A stretch of DNA of 16,958 nucleotides. Source: a virus. This document shows positions 14,656-16,958 of this stretch, in pieces (position 1 is the first letter of the stretch; every line of letters starts with the position of its first letter). The translations under genes and the position numbers were made by a program. The stretch is taken from IMG/VR virus record IMGVR_UViG_3300006639_000058. One strand, written 5' to 3'. The notes under the pieces are model-generated. The model was given only the letters and a program-made list of their open reading frames with translations. It searched no databases and was not told where the DNA came from.

Positions 14656-14668
14656 CATGGGGGAAAGA

Positions 14669-15079
14669 TCAGAACGGGATTTCGTCCTCGCCGATGCCCG
14701 CGCTGCCGGCGGGCGCCGACGCGCCGACGCGCTCGAGGGCGTCGACGACGAACGTGTCGTTCCACGGGCGGATCGTAGCGCGCACGCGCTCGCCCTTCCG
14801 CAGGGGGTCGACCTTCAGGATCAGCTTCTCGTCGAACACGCGCCAGAAGACGCGCTCCTCGGAGTCGGTCTTCGGGGACAGCGACGCCATCGGCTTTCCG
14901 TTCTTGGTGTCCTTCACGCCCCAGTATCCGACCTCGATCTCGACGGTCTTGGCGCCGGCGGGCGCGGCGGCCTTGTAGCGGGCCTCGGCGACGGATTTCG
15001 TGGGGGCGGGAGTCTCGGTGTCGGCCTCGAGCTCGCGGATGAGCGCCCGCAGGCGGGCGACGATGGTTTCACTGGTCAT
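14669..15079 (-). CDS. Short SSB-like protein with a canonical acidic IPF tail (136 aa)
   Basis: ATG 15079 with GAGAGGAAA upstream. The C-terminus is ...GSAGIGEDEIPF, the bacterial SSB protein-interaction tip. The central part (EIEVGYWGVKD...VFWRVFDEKLILKV...ERVRATIRPW) is a beta-rich candidate OB fold. The N-terminal helix is atypical for an SSB. Confidence 0.55.
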   Translation of the reverse strand: MTSETIVARLRALIRELEADTETPAPTKSVAEARYKAAAPAGAKTVEIEVGYWGVKDTKNGKPMASLSPKTDSEERVFWRVFDEKLILKVDPLRKGERVRATIRPWNDTFVVDALERVGASAPAGSAGIGEDEIPF

Positions 15080-15536
15080 CGGGCATTTCCTCTCTTGTGA
15101 CGGTGGCGACGTTCTCGCCGAGCATGGGGAGCAGGTGTCCGAACAGGAGCCGCAGCGCGCGACCTGCGGCGCGCGTCGAGGCCATGGCACGGCGGGCGTA
15201 GAGCGGGCGCGACGACCACAGGCGCTCGTCGTCCATGCAGATCGCCGAGCCGCGGCCGACCACCTGGCCATCCTTCACGATCTCGCAGGTGGCGACGAAT
15301 CCGCCGACGCCGTCGATCTCGAGCCGGTCGGCGGACACCTCGCGAACGTGGTAGCCGAACATGCCCGCGAGCATGGTGGCGCCGGCCACGTGCACGTATC
15401 GGCGGTCGCCGATCATGCTCGAATGGTCGCGGATGATCCGAGGACCGAGCAGGGCGCACGCGTCGCGCTGCACGGTCATGGGGGCAAGCATCGCGGCGGC
15501 CTCGGGGGTGATGCGGCGGACGGTGATCTCGCTCAT
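15069..15536 (-). CDS. Candidate Rad52/Sak/ERF-like single-strand annealing protein (155 aa)
   Basis: ATG 15536 lies in an ATGA junction. The pattern RRYVHVAGATMLAGMFGY.V.EV ... FVATCEIVKDGQVVGRGSAIC ... ARRAMASTRAAGRALRLLFG resembles the beta-beta-beta-alpha core of Rad52-like SSAPs. The gene lies directly upstream of the SSB-like gene. The call is by eye only. Confidence 0.35.
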   Translation of the reverse strand: MSEITVRRITPEAAAMLAPMTVQRDACALLGPRIIRDHSSMIGDRRYVHVAGATMLAGMFGYHVREVSADRLEIDGVGGFVATCEIVKDGQVVGRGSAICMDDERLWSSRPLYARRAMASTRAAGRALRLLFGHLLPMLGENVATVTREEMPDDQ

Positions 15537-16090
15537 GCCTCGCCTTCCTTCCAGCAATCCCAGCCGCGCTCGGTCGCAAGGTCGCGGCCTCGCAGAGCGT
15601 AAGCCGAGCATGCAATGCGCCGCGCCTCGTCGCGCTCGGCGGAAATCACTCCACACTCAATGCGAAGCATCGAGCATTCCGTCTCAACTGTTCGGAGTTC
15701 CCGAATGGTTGAATCGCGCTCCGCCGTAAGACATTCGATGGTCCTGCGGTGCGCCGTAAGCGTTTCGCGGAACTCATCAGCGTTTCTTACAAGTTCCGCC
15801 TTCAGCGTCTCGGCATCGCGCTGCGCGTCGAGCGCCTCGTGGCAGAACTGCGTCGTACCTTGGTTCCGAGCGCAGCCCGTGTTTCGTCGCATCCGCTCGA
15901 TCTCGCGCCGCGCCCCGTCGCGCTCGGCCATGAGGCGTTCGATCCCGATGCGGCAGTCGGTGACGGTAGACCGCAGCATTTCGATCTCGTCGGCTGCGTC
16001 GCACAAATCTCGCGACCAAACCCCCATAGCTGGAGCGATACAACACTTCGAAAGAAGGACGCGCAGCCGCGTCACGATATCGACGCTCAC
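15533..16090 (-). CDS. Cys-containing coiled-coil protein with an internal AERD repeat (185 aa)
   Basis: GTG 16090 lies in a GTGA junction with GGGAGG upstream. Three repeats of the type C-x(6-9)-AERD-x-ARREI/IREL. There are 12 Cys. The G+C content of this gene looks lower than that of its neighbours. Confidence 0.65.
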   Translation of the reverse strand: MSVDIVTRLRVLLSKCCIAPAMGVWSRDLCDAADEIEMLRSTVTDCRIGIERLMAERDGARREIERMRRNTGCARNQGTTQFCHEALDAQRDAETLKAELVRNADEFRETLTAHRRTIECLTAERDSTIRELRTVETECSMLRIECGVISAERDEARRIACSAYALRGRDLATERGWDCWKEGEA

Positions 16091-16452
16091 AAAGCCTCCC
16101 TCGCGAGGTTGTCCCCGGCGCCCGGGGTAGTCTCGGGCGCCGGGGTGCGGCAACACGCCGCGATTTCGGTCCGCAGGCGGTAAATCTCCTGCCGGGCGTC
16201 GCACAGCTCGCCCCACACGCGGGCCTCCCGCCACCGTTGGTCGTGCAGGATGCCCGCCAGGGCGGTGAGCATGTCGGCGGTGGTGCGGTCGCCGGCGCGG
16301 ATCGCGTCGGCGCGCTCGAGGATGCGCGCGCGCATGCGGTGGTACGGCATTTCCGCGTGCAGGTTGTTCGGGTGGTACTCGCGCTCGAAGCGGTCCATGC
16401 CCGGCTGGGGCTCGTTCGCCTCGAACATCTCGCGCTCAGCTTCGCGGTTCAT
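16087..16452 (-). CDS. Hypothetical helical protein (121 aa)
   Basis: ATG 16452 is preceded by GGAGGTGACGA and forms an ATGA overlap with the upstream peptide stop. It shares the motif LCDAxxEIxxLRxxxxxC with the next gene. Confidence 0.7.
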   Translation of the reverse strand: MNREAEREMFEANEPQPGMDRFEREYHPNNLHAEMPYHRMRARILERADAIRAGDRTTADMLTALAGILHDQRWREARVWGELCDARQEIYRLRTEIAACCRTPAPETTPGAGDNLAREAL

Positions 16453-16705
16453 TCGTCACCTCCCTCAAGGAACAGCGGCGCGAGGGTCGCGCACAGCATG
16501 AACAGGACGGCGCTTCCGTAGATGAGGTATCCAAGCATGGTCGTGTCTCTTTCCTGCGTGCCGTCGTGCTCAGGTCGAGCAGGACGGCGTACCCACTGAT
16601 CGCCTCGCGCACGATGCGCCGGCGAGAGATTCCAAGGGCGGCGTGGAGGGCGTTGAGCGCCTCCGCGGTGGTGTCGTCGATGGCGACGGATTTGGTGGTT
16701 CGCAC
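16436..16705 (-). CDS. Ribbon-helix-helix (CopG/Arc/MetJ-like) DNA-binding protein (89 aa from GTG 16705)
   Basis: TKSVAIDD (beta strand), TTAEALNALHAALG (helix A) and ISRRRIVREAISGYA (helix B). It is the first gene after the only gap at the late-to-early junction. Its C-terminal 35 aa or so are low complexity and overlap the 29-aa peptide gene in another frame. Confidence 0.6.
   Translation of the reverse strand: MRTTKSVAIDDTTAEALNALHAALGISRRRIVREAISGYAVLLDLSTTARRKETRPCLDTSSTEAPSCSCCARPSRRCSLREVTNEPRS
16449..16538 (-). CDS. 29-aa hydrophobic membrane peptide (MLGYLIYGSAVLFMLCATLAPLFLEGGDE)
   Basis: ATG 16538 with AGGAAAGAG upstream. Its stop forms an ATGA junction with the next gene. The G+C pattern by codon position (about 66/38/76 percent) is coding-like in this frame. 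Confidence 0.45.
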   Translation of the reverse strand: MLGYLIYGSAVLFMLCATLAPLFLEGGDE

Positions 16706-16709
16706 GCCC

Positions 16710-16722
16710 TGTGTTATACACA
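16710..16722. promoter_or_regulatory. Small inverted repeat TGTGT-TAT-ACACA just upstream of the RHH gene; candidate operator
   Basis: Seen in the 38-bp gap between the CxxC gene stop (16744) and the RHH start (16705). RHH proteins typically autoregulate through short repeats. No convincing -35/-10 pair was found. Confidence 0.3.
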
Positions 16723-16743
16723 CTATCGGCGCGACGGGCGGCG

Positions 16744-16958
16744 TCACTTGATGAGATTCTTGGAAATCTCGTTGAGCGCCTCGCGGCGCTTCTGACACCC
16801 GCCGCAGGGGCGGATTCCCACGGCGTGCGTCACCGTGGCGACGACGTCGCCGAGGCCGCGCGCGGGGCCGCGGTAGTGCGGGCACTTGTCGCACTGCTCG
16901 GCGGTCGGCCGGAGCGGCGCGAGCTCGGGGTGCGTGCATTGCGAATGAACCAGGCGGG
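16744..16958 (-). CDS. Wrap-around small CxxC...CxxC zinc-ribbon-like protein. It is 74 aa once the ends are joined; the first 10 nt are present only at 101-110.
   Basis: Joined translation: MSCTRLVHSQCTHPELAPLRPTAEQCDKCPHYRGPARGLGDVVATVTHAVGIRPCGGCQKRREALNEISKNLIK. Third positions are G+C-rich. TGA stop at 16746-16744. The ATGA coupling to the upstream gene lies at the other end of the window. Confidence 0.65.
   Translation of the reverse strand, partial: RLVHSQCTHPELAPLRPTAEQCDKCPHYRGPARGLGDVVATVTHAVGIRPCGGCQKRREALNEISKNLIK
16859..16958. repeat. Right copy of the exact 100-bp terminal direct repeat (identical to 1-100)
   Basis: Base-by-base identity with 1-100. Confidence 0.97.

Larger units (their letters stand above)
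1..16858 (-). mobile_element. One full unit of a small circular (or circularly assembled) tailed-phage-like genome, unit length 16,858 bp, all genes on the minus strand
   Basis: The two window ends overlap exactly over 100 bp. The window holds an HK97-type head module, tail tube/chaperone/tape-measure-like genes, and replication and lysis-like genes. No + strand ORF looks credible. Confidence 0.8.

Noticed and set aside
14652-14663. 12-bp palindrome CCCCCATGGGGG as a stand-alone protein-binding site
   Set aside because: It is more simply explained as part of the GC-rich terminator-like stem region after the SSB-like gene. No second copy was seen.
16859-16958. The 100-bp terminal repeat as a genuine direct terminal repeat of a linear virion genome
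   Set aside because: The repeat lies wholly inside a coding frame that is complete only when the ends are joined. Its round 100-bp length, bounded by the window edges, looks like an assembler overlap. It cannot be excluded without read-end data.
1-16958. tRNA, rRNA, CRISPR arrays, integrase/att sites, IS elements
   Set aside because: I saw no cloverleaf-like segments, no regularly spaced repeats, no tyrosine or serine recombinase-like ORF and no terminal inverted repeats. This was an inspection by eye only.

Overview
The window is one complete copy of a small, GC-rich, tailed-phage-like genome. Bases 1-100 are repeated exactly at 16859-16958, giving a unit length of 16,858 bp, and one gene is intact only when the two ends are joined. 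I find about 31 credible genes, all on the minus strand. They are very tightly packed and mostly translationally coupled through ATGA, GTGA, TTGA or TAATG junctions.

Reading the minus strand from high to low coordinates, there are three blocks:
- Early, replication and recombination block: an RHH regulator, a 29-aa membrane peptide, two Cys-containing coiled-coil proteins that share a motif, a candidate Rad52/Sak-like annealing protein, a short SSB-like protein ending in EDEIPF, an unknown 170-aa protein, a RepA/DnaB-like P-loop ATPase, an Hjc-like resolvase and an HNH endonuclease.
- HK97-type morphogenesis block: TerL, portal, S78 prohead protease, major capsid protein, gp6-like connector, head closure protein, tail completion protein, tail tube, a chaperone followed by a start-less -1-frame extension, an HK97-gp10-like protein, a short Gly/Ala-rich tape-measure-like protein and five distal tail or fibre candidates.
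- Terminal block: small membrane proteins and a lipoprotein that look like a lysis cassette, then a 23-cysteine protein and a wrap-around CxxC protein.

The most unusual points are these:
- Three perfect consensus DnaA boxes (TTATCCACA) form a palindrome plus an 11-bp direct repeat exactly where HK97-like phages carry cos, between HNH and TerL.
- I recognise no small terminase, endolysin, integrase or polymerase.
- The cysteine-rich gene pair has no family I can name.
- The chaperone extension has no canonical slippery heptamer.
- Two reading frames overlap at the 3' end of the RHH gene.
- Several intergenic hairpins are built on G/C homopolymers.

All functional calls rest on motif recognition by eye. 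No database search was run. I saw no tRNA, rRNA or CRISPR array.
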